Positions 20,072-28,872 of a DNA stretch of 64,000 bases are shown piece after piece. Position numbers and translations under genes: made by a program. The notes beneath the pieces were generated by a model. The model had not been told where the DNA came from, did no database searches, and saw nothing but the letters and a program-made list of their open reading frames with translations. Source of the DNA: Acidobacteriota bacterium (GTDB lineage Bacteria; Acidobacteriota; Terriglobia; 20CM-2-55-15); NCBI GenBank assembly GCA_022821145.1, contig JAJEEE010000057.1, forward strand, positions 4,213 to 68,212, read 5' to 3'. The number at the start of each line of letters is the position of its first letter. Within the stretch, counting starts at the first letter, position 1.

Positions 20072-20092
20072 CCCGAATCCCTCCGTCCGGCG

Positions 20093-20106
20093 GTATTATA
20101 TGATAC
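20093..20106. promoter_or_regulatory. Overlapping divergent -10 elements / near-palindrome
   Basis: GTATTATATGATAC contains TATAAT on the minus strand (20095-20100) and TATGAT on the plus strand (20099-20104), between divergent genes. Confidence 0.5.
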
Positions 20107-20136
20107 GTCTCCGGTTCCGCCGGAGCCGTCCGATCC

Positions 20137-20475
20137 ATGGTCAACCGTCGCGATTTCTTCACCGGCTTTCTGAAGCTCCCTCGGAGGAAACCCGCCGTCC
20201 GCCCGGCGCGCGCGCCGCGGATGCGGAGCCTGGAAACGTTCGTCGTCGCCGACGTGGTCCCCGACGACGTCGACCTGACGCGCGAGCAGGATCGCGAGCT
20301 GCGCTCGCGCGTGCGCGCGTTGATGGAAGCGACCAGCGACCCGGACCTGTTCTCGATGGCCGTCGTCGGGAAGCTGGAAAAGCTCACCGAGGCGTTCGTC
20401 CGGGAAGTGGAGGCCAGCGCGCGCGAACACGCGCCGCCCGACGGCGCCGGGACGCAATCGGGAGGAACCCCATGA
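20137..20475 (+). CDS. Hypothetical protein starting with an RRDFF motif
   Basis: High-GC-type codon pattern; ATGA overlap with the downstream cupin gene. Confidence 0.6.
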   Translation: MVNRRDFFTGFLKLPRRKPAVRPARAPRMRSLETFVVADVVPDDVDLTREQDRELRSRVRALMEATSDPDLFSMAVVGKLEKLTEAFVREVEASAREHAPPDGAGTQSGGTP

Positions 20476-20915
20476 CGATCCGTATCCGCGCCGCGGCGCT
20501 GGCCGCACTGATCGCCGCGTTCGCCCATTCTTCCCTCGCCCAGGATGCGGCTCTGGCGCCCGTGCGCATGGCGCCGGACGACCTGGAGTGGGACGCCGAA
20601 GCGGACGGCGTGTTTCGCGTCCGGATCGCCGGCGACAACGCGACGCCCGGCATGTACCTCTACCGCGTGCGCTTTCCACAGGGCTTCCGGAACCAGCCCC
20701 ACTTCCACCCCGACGACCGGACCGTCACCGTCATCTCCGGCACGCTCGACATGGGATACGGTGACGTGTTCGAGGAGAGCGCCATGCGCGCGCTGCCGCC
20801 CGGCAGCGTCTGGACCGAACCCGCCGGGGAGCCTCACTTCGTCTGGGCCCGGACGGGGGACGTGGTCATCCAGGTGATCGGCGTGGGGCCATCGGGCACG
20901 ACCCAGGTGGAATGA
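20472..20915 (+). CDS. Exported cupin-domain protein
   Basis: Signal peptide ending SSLA; PHFHPDDRTVTVISG and EPAGEPHF cupin motifs; GGAGG RBS. Confidence 0.88.
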   Translation: MTIRIRAAALAALIAAFAHSSLAQDAALAPVRMAPDDLEWDAEADGVFRVRIAGDNATPGMYLYRVRFPQGFRNQPHFHPDDRTVTVISGTLDMGYGDVFEESAMRALPPGSVWTEPAGEPHFVWARTGDVVIQVIGVGPSGTTQVE

Positions 20916-20981
20916 GGCGCCGGGGAACCGGGACTCCCGGTTCCGTCGGCATGTCCGTCACGCGTGCGTAACCGCTCGATC

Positions 20982-21974
20982 TCAGCAACTGCCCGACGAA
21001 CTCGCCGCGGCGCCCGCCGCGACGGCGCCGGCCATTGCCGCCTGTTGCGCGTCCAGGACGTCGCGGATCGCCTGGAGGGCGATGAGGTCTCCCGCGTGGG
21101 CGCGGCCCGCGCGCGCGCAGTCTTCGGCCAGCGCGATGCCGGCGGCGAGCGAGAACGCCAGGTCCTTCGACGGCCGGGGCTTGGCGGCGCGCACGCGATC
21201 GCGATAACCGAGTACCCGGCGCACCACCTGTCCGGGAGTCTCTTCCGTCAGCGACAACACGGCGGTCTCGTCGTAGCGGCTGGGCCAGACGCGTACGCCC
21301 GCGTCCCGCAGCCGCTCGGCGATCCTCGCGAAACGCCCGACGGCGGCTTCCACGCCGCGCGGATCGACGGCCAGCAGGTGCGAAACCAGTTGCAAGGGGT
21401 TCCCGCGCCGGAAGCCGGACCCGCGCAGGCGCTCGTAGGCGCGTTCCACGTCGGCGGTCAGGACCTCGACGGCCGTGTCGCGGCCGGCATGAAGCGCGGC
21501 CGCCGGCAGATCGTCGGCGTTCGTCAACCAGAAGTGGTCGGCGCGCCAGCGCCGATAGATACCGGCCAGGCGCTCGATCTGCCGAGGCGGCACGGTCCGG
21601 CCCCCGCTGCGAAGCGCCAGCAGAAGCGCGGCCAGCGTCGGACCCGTTCCGCGGCTCGGCAACCCGTGCGACCGGAACGAATCGCGCGTCTCGAACACGC
21701 GTGCGTGGACGTCCGCCGGTTCCAGTCCGCGCCGCATGATCATCGCCGCGACCACGTAGCGAATCTCCGACTTCAACGGGCTCGACCACCGGGCGCGTTG
21801 CCGGAGTCCCGCCGCTACCTTTTCCAGGTGGTCGTAGTCGACGTCGGCGCCGGCCGCGCCCAGGGCCAGCGCGACGAAGCGGATCGTGTCGGAGTCGGTC
21901 GACCACCGCTTGCGCGCGCGCAACCGTTCGAACGTCTCCAGATACAGGGCCACGGGATCGATTGTCGCCGGCAT
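20982..21974 (-). CDS. DUF4003-like protein
   Basis: FWLTNADDLPAAALHA, GFRRGNPLQLVSHLLA, AAMAGAVAAG...SSS C-terminus resemble DUF4003 proteins. Confidence 0.6.
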   Translation of the reverse strand: MPATIDPVALYLETFERLRARKRWSTDSDTIRFVALALGAAGADVDYDHLEKVAAGLRQRARWSSPLKSEIRYVVAAMIMRRGLEPADVHARVFETRDSFRSHGLPSRGTGPTLAALLLALRSGGRTVPPRQIERLAGIYRRWRADHFWLTNADDLPAAALHAGRDTAVEVLTADVERAYERLRGSGFRRGNPLQLVSHLLAVDPRGVEAAVGRFARIAERLRDAGVRVWPSRYDETAVLSLTEETPGQVVRRVLGYRDRVRAAKPRPSKDLAFSLAAGIALAEDCARAGRAHAGDLIALQAIRDVLDAQQAAMAGAVAAGAAASSSGSC

Positions 21975-22107
21975 CGCGTCCTCCGCGCCATTGTCAACTC
22001 TCCGACCGCACGGCTGCAAGCGTGGCTCCGGATAACCACTGGATCTACGGCCGGGCTCCTGATAGATTAGCCGTCGGTTCGCGTCATGCGCGCCGGATGA
22101 TCAACCG

Positions 22108-22497
22108 ATGCTGACCGACACGACAATGCGGCTCGGACTGGCCGTCACGCTCGCGCTCGCCGGCGCCGCCGGTGGGTCGGCCCACCACTCCTTCGCGATG
22201 TTCGACACGCAGACGACGATCCGGCTCGAGGGGACGGTCACGGAGTTCCAGTGGACGAACCCGCACGCCTATATCGAGGTGGACGTTGCCGGCGACGACG
22301 GCGAAACGCGCCATTGGACGATCGAGCTGGGGAGCCCGAGCATCCTGATGCAGAGCGGCTGGAAGTATAACGACATCCGGCCGGGCATGGAGATTTCGGC
22401 GACGCTCAATCCCTTGCGGGACGGGCAGCCCGGCGGGTTGCTGGGCAGAGTGACCCTGCCCGACGGGCGCGAGCTGCCCAACGGGCCGGGCCGATGA
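22108..22497 (+). CDS. DUF6152-family exported protein (copy 1)
   Basis: Signal peptide followed by AHHSFAMFD; FQWTNPH, WTIELGSP. Confidence 0.85.
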   Translation: MLTDTTMRLGLAVTLALAGAAGGSAHHSFAMFDTQTTIRLEGTVTEFQWTNPHAYIEVDVAGDDGETRHWTIELGSPSILMQSGWKYNDIRPGMEISATLNPLRDGQPGGLLGRVTLPDGRELPNGPGR

Positions 22498-23234
22498 CAC
22501 CGATCGCGCGCATCGCGGCCGCCGGCATGGTCGCCGCTCTTCTCGCCACCGGGGCCGCCGGCGCGCAGTCTTCCGACGCGCCGGACCTGTCCGGCGTGTG
22601 GGGCATCCTTCGCGGCGGCGAGTTTGCGCCGCCGCCGGCCGGAGAACTCGAGTTCCGCCCGGAATACGCGGCCCGGTACGAGGCCGAGCAGGCCGCCGCG
22701 GCCGAGGCCGCGGCCCGGGGCGAGCCCTTGCCGCCGTCCGCGTTCTGCCTCCCCTACGGCGTGCCGACGATGATGGCCGTGGCGATCTACCCCGTCGAGA
22801 TCATCCAGACACCGCGGCAGGTGACCATCATCGCCGAAGCGTTCAGCGAAGTCCGCCGCGTCTACATGGACGAGCCCCAGTTGCCGGTCGAGGAGGTGCC
22901 GCCCGGTTACTACGGCCACTCGGTCGGACGCTGGGACGGGGACACGCTCGTCATCGACACGGTCGGCATCAAGGAGACGGTGCGCGGCTACGACGGCATG
23001 CCGCACAGTCCGGAAATGCGCGTGACCGAGCGGATGCGCCTGGTTGCGCCCGACATCCTGTACGACGAGATCACCATCGACGACCCCGTCGTCCTGGAGC
23101 GGCCCGTGACCTACACGCTGGCCTACCGCCGGCTGCCGGGGTACAAGATGGTCGAGTTCGTCTGCGACAACAACCGCGAGTACGTCGACGAGGACGGCGT
23201 GGTCCGGATGCGGCTCGGCTCCAGCCCGCAATAG
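22494..23234 (+). CDS. Exported hypothetical beta-rich protein (DUF6152 partner, copy 1)
   Basis: PDLSGVW, CLPYGVP, GHSVGRWDGDTLVIDT, TERMRL; ATGA overlap with the upstream gene. Confidence 0.8.
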   Translation: MTPIARIAAAGMVAALLATGAAGAQSSDAPDLSGVWGILRGGEFAPPPAGELEFRPEYAARYEAEQAAAAEAAARGEPLPPSAFCLPYGVPTMMAVAIYPVEIIQTPRQVTIIAEAFSEVRRVYMDEPQLPVEEVPPGYYGHSVGRWDGDTLVIDTVGIKETVRGYDGMPHSPEMRVTERMRLVAPDILYDEITIDDPVVLERPVTYTLAYRRLPGYKMVEFVCDNNREYVDEDGVVRMRLGSSPQ

Positions 23235-23246
23235 AGAGGAACGCCC

Positions 23247-24020
23247 ATGATCCAACGATTCGGAATGACGATGCTCGCCGCCGGCCTGTTCATGGCGGCC
23301 GCGCCGGCCGGCGCGGCGCAGCAACTCGGCGCGCTCGCGCCCGAGAACCTGGCGCAAGAGCGCCCCGCGCCGCCGTTCGACCTGACCGGCACGTGGCTGC
23401 ACGCCAGCCCGCCGGGCGTCGGTTTCCGTTTCAGCCCGCCCGAGGGTTTCCGGCTCACCCCGGAGGCGCAGGTCCACTATGACGCCGCGCAGGCCGCGGC
23501 CGCCGAGGGCCTGGTCTACCGCAACGACATCGGATTGTGCTGGCCGGCGGGCCTGCCGCTGATCATGACGCGCGTGTGGCCGATCGCGATGATCCAGCTT
23601 CCGACGGCCATCTACATGGTCAGCGAGTTCATGAACAGCCTGCGGATCGTCTACCTCGACGGGCGGGAGCACACCGATCCGGACTTGGTGGTCCCCAGCT
23701 TCAACGGCGAGTCGATCGGGCGCTGGGAAGGCGACACGCTGGTGATCGACACGCGCCACTTCCCGGGGCATCACCATTGGATCGACACGGGCATCCCGGC
23801 CAGCGACGCGCTGAACATCGTGGAGCGCATCCGGATGATCGAGGACGGCGCGCGGATCGAGATCGAGTACACGCTTACGGATCCGAAGAGCTGGGAAGGT
23901 TCCTGGACCATGACCAAGCAATGGCGGCGGGTCGACGACCGGGACATCGAGGAGGTCGAATGTCTTCCCGACCTCAACGACTTCATGCCGACGGTCCAGT
24001 CGGATTTCAATGTACGATGA
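23247..24020 (+). CDS. Exported hypothetical beta-rich protein (DUF6152 partner, copy 2)
   Basis: FDLTGTW, CWPAGLP, GESIGRWEGDTLVIDT, VERIRM; clear paralog of the previous gene. Confidence 0.8.
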   Translation: MIQRFGMTMLAAGLFMAAAPAGAAQQLGALAPENLAQERPAPPFDLTGTWLHASPPGVGFRFSPPEGFRLTPEAQVHYDAAQAAAAEGLVYRNDIGLCWPAGLPLIMTRVWPIAMIQLPTAIYMVSEFMNSLRIVYLDGREHTDPDLVVPSFNGESIGRWEGDTLVIDTRHFPGHHHWIDTGIPASDALNIVERIRMIEDGARIEIEYTLTDPKSWEGSWTMTKQWRRVDDRDIEEVECLPDLNDFMPTVQSDFNVR

Positions 24021-24042
24021 GCGAAGACGCGGGAGGCATGGC

Positions 24043-24429
24043 ATGACTGTTCGGCTCGCTGCGGGTTCCTGCGCGCTGGGATTCCTGATCGCCGGCGCCG
24101 CGCTGGCGCACCATTCGGCCGCCGGCATCGACCGTTCCCAAACCCGGACGATCGAGGGCACGGTCCGGGCGTTCGGCTGGCAGAACCCCCATTCGTACAT
24201 GCAGATCGACGTCACCGACGACGAGGGCGAAACTGTCACCTGGACGCTGGAGATGACGGCCCCGAGCTTCCTGATCCGGGCCGGGTGGACGCGGTCGACC
24301 GTCGAGCCGGGAGACGCGGTGACGGCCGTCCTGCGCCCCCTTGTCGACGGATCGCCCGGCGGATTGTTCGTATCGGTCACGGCGCCGGACGGCCTGACGT
24401 ACTCGGAGCGCGGACAGCCGCAAGAGTAG
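24043..24429 (+). CDS. DUF6152-family exported protein (copy 2)
   Basis: GGAGG RBS; signal peptide followed by AHHSAAGID; FGWQNPH, WTLEMTAP. Confidence 0.85.
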   Translation: MTVRLAAGSCALGFLIAGAALAHHSAAGIDRSQTRTIEGTVRAFGWQNPHSYMQIDVTDDEGETVTWTLEMTAPSFLIRAGWTRSTVEPGDAVTAVLRPLVDGSPGGLFVSVTAPDGLTYSERGQPQE

Positions 24430-24434
24430 CCGCC

Positions 24435-25703
24435 GTGCGCCGTTCCACGGCTTCTCGCCGGCGGTGGACCATCGCCGTCGCCGTGTGGCTGCTCCACGTC
24501 TCCGGAGGCGCCGCCCAGGACTGGCCCCAGTTCTTCGGCCCCGACCGCAACGGCGCGTACACCGGGCCCGCGCTTTCGGAAGACTGGGGGGACGGCGGCC
24601 CGCCCCTCCTGTGGTCGCGCGAGGTCGGCGAGGGACTGAGCGGACCGGTCGTCGCGGACGGCCGCGTCGTTCTGCACCACCGGGTGGAGAACGAGGAAGT
24701 CGTCCAGGCCTTCGACGCCGCTTCCGGCGATCCCGTCTGGCGTTACGCCTATCCCACCAACTACCGCGACGATTTCGGTTTCGACGAGGGGCCGCGGGCC
24801 ATCCCGGTCGTCGCCGGCGGCGTCGTGTACACGTTCGGAGCCCAGGGGCAACTGCACGCCGTCGACCTCGACACCGGCGAAGCGGTGTGGAGCGTCGACA
24901 CGATGACCCGGTTTCGCGTCCCCAAGAACTTCTTCGGCGCCGGAGGGTCTCCGCTGGTGGAAGACGGCCGGGTGATCGCCAACATCGGAGGCCGGACCGC
25001 GGCGGGCGATGCCGCGGGCGTGGTTGCCTTCGACGCGGCCACCGGCGATGTGCTGTGGACGGCCATCGACGACGAGGCCAGCTATTCCTCGCCCGTCGGC
25101 GCCACGCTCGACGGGGAGCGCCTCGCCGTCTTCTTCACGCGCACCGGTCTCCTCGGTATCGATCCGGCGACCGGAGACGCGGCGTTCCAGTTGCGGTGGC
25201 GCTCGCGCAGCGCGTCGTCGGTCAATGCCGCCTCGCCCATCGTCGTCGGCCACCGCATCTTCATCTCGGCGGAGTACGGCCCCGGCGCGGGCGTCCTCGA
25301 ATGGGACGGCGAACGCCTGTCGCCGCTCTGGTCCTCGAACGACGTCCTGTCCACGCACTACGCGACGAGCATCTACCGGGACGGGGTTCTCTACGGCTAT
25401 CACGGACGCCAGGAGTTCGGGCCGAGCCTGCGCGCCGTCGAGTTCGAAACGGGCGCCGTGGCCTGGAGCGTCGACCAGTTCCGCGCCGGAAGCATCATGC
25501 GGGCAGGCGACCGCCTGCTCATCTTGCGAGAGAGAGGCGAACTGGTCCTGGCCGACGCGTCGCCCGAAGCATTCCGCCCGATCGCCCGCGCCCAAATCCT
25601 GCCCGCCACGGTGCGGGCATACCCGGCGCTTTCGGACGGGATCCTCTACGTCCGCAACAGCGACCGCCCCGACGCCGTGCTGGCGGCCGTGGACCTGCGA
25701 TAG
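24435..25703 (+). CDS. Exported PQQ-binding-like beta-propeller protein
   Basis: QDWPQFFGPDRNG; repeated AxDxxTGxxxW blades; GTG start inferred. Confidence 0.85.
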   Translation: MRRSTASRRRWTIAVAVWLLHVSGGAAQDWPQFFGPDRNGAYTGPALSEDWGDGGPPLLWSREVGEGLSGPVVADGRVVLHHRVENEEVVQAFDAASGDPVWRYAYPTNYRDDFGFDEGPRAIPVVAGGVVYTFGAQGQLHAVDLDTGEAVWSVDTMTRFRVPKNFFGAGGSPLVEDGRVIANIGGRTAAGDAAGVVAFDAATGDVLWTAIDDEASYSSPVGATLDGERLAVFFTRTGLLGIDPATGDAAFQLRWRSRSASSVNAASPIVVGHRIFISAEYGPGAGVLEWDGERLSPLWSSNDVLSTHYATSIYRDGVLYGYHGRQEFGPSLRAVEFETGAVAWSVDQFRAGSIMRAGDRLLILRERGELVLADASPEAFRPIARAQILPATVRAYPALSDGILYVRNSDRPDAVLAAVDLR

Positions 25704-25712
25704 GAGCGCACG

Positions 25713-26321
25713 ATGACAACGGCCTGGCTGGCACTAATGCTCGCGCTGGCCGCGAACGCGGCCCAGGACAACGTCCGGGCGATCTTCGAGCAGGCCAACA
25801 GCGATCTCCTGGCCGGCCGCTTCGAGGAGGCCGCCGCCGGGTTCGACACCGTCGCCGCCCGCACGCCCGACGAGGCGCCCTACCTCTGGCAGCGCGGCAT
25901 CGCCCTGTACTACGCCGGCCGGTACCAGGACTGCCGGGAACAGTTCGAGCTGCACCGCACGGTGAACCCCGCGGACGTCGAGAACGCGGTCTGGCACTTC
26001 ATGTGCGTCGCCCGCCTGGAGTCCCCCGCCGGGGCCCGGAACGCGCTGTTGCCCGTCGGACGCGACCCGCGCTCGCCGATGCCCGAGGTCTACCGGATGT
26101 TTCGGGGGGAGTTGTCTCCCGACGACGTCCTGGCGTCCATGACCGAGGATCTATCGTCCCGGTTCTACGGCCACCTGTACGTGGGCCTCTACCATGACGC
26201 CCTCGGAGACGGCGACCGCGCGTTGGAGCACATCCGGATCGCCGCGGAAGAGCGGTTCGGCGCCGGCTACATGCCCGCTGTCGCCCGTGTTCACCTCGCG
26301 TACCTCGAAGACGAGGAATAG
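25713..26321 (+). CDS. Exported NlpI-like TPR protein
   Basis: PYLWQRGIALYYAGRY, NPADVENAVWH, YGHLYVGLY. Confidence 0.8.
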   Translation: MTTAWLALMLALAANAAQDNVRAIFEQANSDLLAGRFEEAAAGFDTVAARTPDEAPYLWQRGIALYYAGRYQDCREQFELHRTVNPADVENAVWHFMCVARLESPAGARNALLPVGRDPRSPMPEVYRMFRGELSPDDVLASMTEDLSSRFYGHLYVGLYHDALGDGDRALEHIRIAAEERFGAGYMPAVARVHLAYLEDEE

Positions 26322-26328
26322 CATCCTC

Positions 26329-26697
26329 ATGCCGAGGGAATCCATCCGGACGCGGATCGCGAACGCCGTGGCGTCCTGGCCGGACGTCACGGCCCGCGCC
26401 CACGCCGGCGGCATGATCTTCTTCCACGTCGGGGCCCGCGAGATCGGTCATCTGCACGGCGACCGGATGGCCGATCTTCCCTTCCCCGTCCGCATTCGTG
26501 AACGGCTCGTCGCCGAGGGGCGGGCGGACATCCACTACATTCATCCGCAATCCGGGTGGGTGACGCGCTACATTCGCGGCGAGTCCGACGTCGAGCCGGT
26601 CATCGAGCTGTTCGACCTGAACTACCGCCGGCCGTGGCTGAAGCCTCATACCCTGAGTCCCGTCGACGATTCACCCGCGCGCGTCGATGCTTACTGA
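26329..26697 (+). CDS. DUF5519 / luciferase-like family protein
   Basis: REIGHLHG...ADLPFP...HYIHPQSGWV motif pattern. Confidence 0.7.
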   Translation: MPRESIRTRIANAVASWPDVTARAHAGGMIFFHVGAREIGHLHGDRMADLPFPVRIRERLVAEGRADIHYIHPQSGWVTRYIRGESDVEPVIELFDLNYRRPWLKPHTLSPVDDSPARVDAY

Positions 26698-26743
26698 AAT
26701 CTCAGAAAACCGCGATTGCACCGCGGGCTGTTGGCGTGTTCGC

Positions 26744-27259
26744 ATGGGAAAGGCAAAACTCGCATGGAGCATATTGTTCCTCGGTGGCGATGTCTACACG
26801 TTGGTCCGGTGGATCAAACCCGATGGCGCAACGGTGAACTTGGAACTGGGAGCCCCGGAATACGCCGCCGCACTGACCCTATTCACCGGCGGTCTGATCG
26901 GAGTCAATTGGACATGGATCGTCACGCGATACCGAGCACCCAGGGACAGGTTAGAGTCTTTTGTGGGCCTCGTGGAAAAGGTGTACGACGATCTGCGTCT
27001 CGTTGATCGCACTGATTGGAACAACGTTGATTGGGGGGCTTTTGACCGCAACCTGCAACAGTTGCAACGCGGCGTAGAAGGCCTCGGTCTTGTTCCACCC
27101 CCTAAACCAAAGACTCCCATGGCCCATGCACTCTTGAAGGAATGGCTCTTGGAGTTTCTCGCAATAGCAAGAAATCGGGACCTAAGGACGGCGAGACAGT
27201 TATCATCCCTCGGGCTGAAACGCTACAAGGAAAAGCGAAGGCCGTTAGGTGAGGAATGA
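26744..27259 (+). CDS. Low-GC hypothetical membrane-anchored protein
   Basis: Open 171-codon frame with two N-terminal hydrophobic segments. Hand-counted 60-nt lines here are 50-57% GC. Confidence 0.55.
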   Translation: MGKAKLAWSILFLGGDVYTLVRWIKPDGATVNLELGAPEYAAALTLFTGGLIGVNWTWIVTRYRAPRDRLESFVGLVEKVYDDLRLVDRTDWNNVDWGAFDRNLQQLQRGVEGLGLVPPPKPKTPMAHALLKEWLLEFLAIARNRDLRTARQLSSLGLKRYKEKRRPLGEE

Positions 27260-27511
27260 TTCGATAACTACAGCATCTTGAGCAACTCTCGTCTTAACGC
27301 GCCGATGGCCATGACTACAGCTCCAAAGGTGCCTCCGGCCATGTCTCCGATCTCTTTCCATCAAATTCACGCGTTGCCCAACTGGCACCACTGGCGAAAG
27401 CGTTTCAGACGCGGGTTGGGTTGAGTGTCCGCGCGTTCGGGCGCGGCGCTGTCGATGGAATCCGCCTACGGCTCGGCTCGCTGCCCATCCGCACTCGAAC
27501 GTCGGACACCT

Positions 27512-28351
27512 TCAGCACGAACGGGCCGGGGTTGCGGCGCTGACGGCGCTGCGAAAGATCGCGTTGAGGCGGTTCCGAGTTTCTTGCGATTCGAGCAAGT
27601 CGGGTCGTCCGAGGCCCGAGAACGCATCCCGGTGGCGCTCGAGTTCGGCGTCGATAAAGTGTCCCAGTTCCGGAATCGGGCTGCCTGTCCCGAGTTCGGA
27701 GATCGCTCTCTTCACTTCGAGCAGCCTCCCGATGCCAGGTCTGATCGCTGCCGGGGCGACCGCGTCCACCAGCGATTCGAACGGCACCGGCGGCACCTTC
27801 CGTTCTTGCTCGATGTAGCGGATCGCGAGCAGCGGACGCAGAACGTAGAAATACTTCTTCAGCCGCACGCGGCTCCCAAGCAGGCATCCGCTGGCGTTCG
27901 ATCTCGCCATGTGACTGTAGTGGTAACACAAGGCGGTCGCGTTGAAACTCTCGGACACCACCCGACGCAGGTCCGCTGCGAAACGGTCGCGCTCGATGTA
28001 GCGTATGGGACTGTTCAGCCACTCGATCAAGGCGCCGTTCGTGCGGGTGAACAGATACAGGGCCTTGCGTACGTCCCAACCCTGGAGGTCGATGTCGCCG
28101 ACAATCGGTTGCTCGATCACGTCCCGCTGGCTCTCGACATCGAACGCGAGATACCAGTCACGCGGGTGGGCGTAGACGAAGCGGACATCGTAGTCGGAAT
28201 CCGGCGAGGCGAATCCCCAGGCGCGGCTGCCCGACTCACATGAGTACAGGACGGTGACCGCGCTATCCGTTTCGACCGTGGCGAGGCGGTCGAGAATCTC
28301 TCTGCGGACACCCGGCCCCACAACGTGTTTCTGGGATGCCGGCATCGTCAA
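27512..28351 (-). CDS. Predicted nucleotidyltransferase (RlaP/YcgL-like, Pol-beta superfamily)
   Basis: CESGSRAWGFASPDSDYDVRF, GWDVRKAL, EWLNSP, KKYFYVLRPLLA. Confidence 0.88.
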   Translation of the reverse strand: MTMPASQKHVVGPGVRREILDRLATVETDSAVTVLYSCESGSRAWGFASPDSDYDVRFVYAHPRDWYLAFDVESQRDVIEQPIVGDIDLQGWDVRKALYLFTRTNGALIEWLNSPIRYIERDRFAADLRRVVSESFNATALCYHYSHMARSNASGCLLGSRVRLKKYFYVLRPLLAIRYIEQERKVPPVPFESLVDAVAPAAIRPGIGRLLEVKRAISELGTGSPIPELGHFIDAELERHRDAFSGLGRPDLLESQETRNRLNAIFRSAVSAATPARSC

Positions 28352-28479
28352 ACTCCTTCCATCAGTCCGGCCCGGAAGACTCGGCGCTTCCGATCTTCAG
28401 CATGGCATCCGTCATGCTGGATGTCGAAGACGCCGGGGTGAGCGATTCGACGCCGGAGCATCCGCGTCGTGCCGATGCC

Positions 28480-28624
28480 GGCCACACCCTCCTGACGGTC
28501 CAGAACACCTTGCCGACGATATGGACGTCGGAGGCGAGGCCGGCGTAGTCGGCGTAAACGGATTCGTCCGCCGCGATCTTGCCGACAGCCGCGAGCCGGC
28601 GCACCGATCCGCGAGAAATCTCAC
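28480..28624 (-). pseudogene. Chimeric remnant: DUF5615 toxin 5' stub joined to an S24-peptidase-like 3' fragment
   Basis: GTG start overlapping the DUF433 stop reads VRFLADRCAGSRL and then loses similarity. A different frame reads ...SDVHIVGKVFWTVRRV. Confidence 0.55.
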
Positions 28625-28872
28625 GGCTCGGTGAGGCTGACCTCCGAGAGGCTGTCCCCTGCGATGACCGCGTGCGCGTAGGCCGTGCAGGGGCGGATGT
28701 CGTCCGACTCCAGATCCGGATAGTCGTCCAGGATCTCCTCCGGACGGACCCCTTGCGTCAGCAGGCTGAGGATCATCTCCACGGATATCCGCATGTCGCG
28801 GACGATCGGCTTACCGCCGAAGACATCGGGACGAGCCGGTATGTGCTTGAGGAGTCGGGCGCGTTCCGTCAT
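28621..28872 (-). CDS. DUF433-family antitoxin
   Basis: PDVFGGKPIVRDMRISV...ILDDYPDL. Confidence 0.9.
   Translation of the reverse strand: MTERARLLKHIPARPDVFGGKPIVRDMRISVEMILSLLTQGVRPEEILDDYPDLESDDIRPCTAYAHAVIAGDSLSEVSLTEP

Noticed and set aside
22269-25595. 1108-aa minus-strand ORF
   Set aside because: Antisense to five well-supported plus-strand genes; no recognisable domain.
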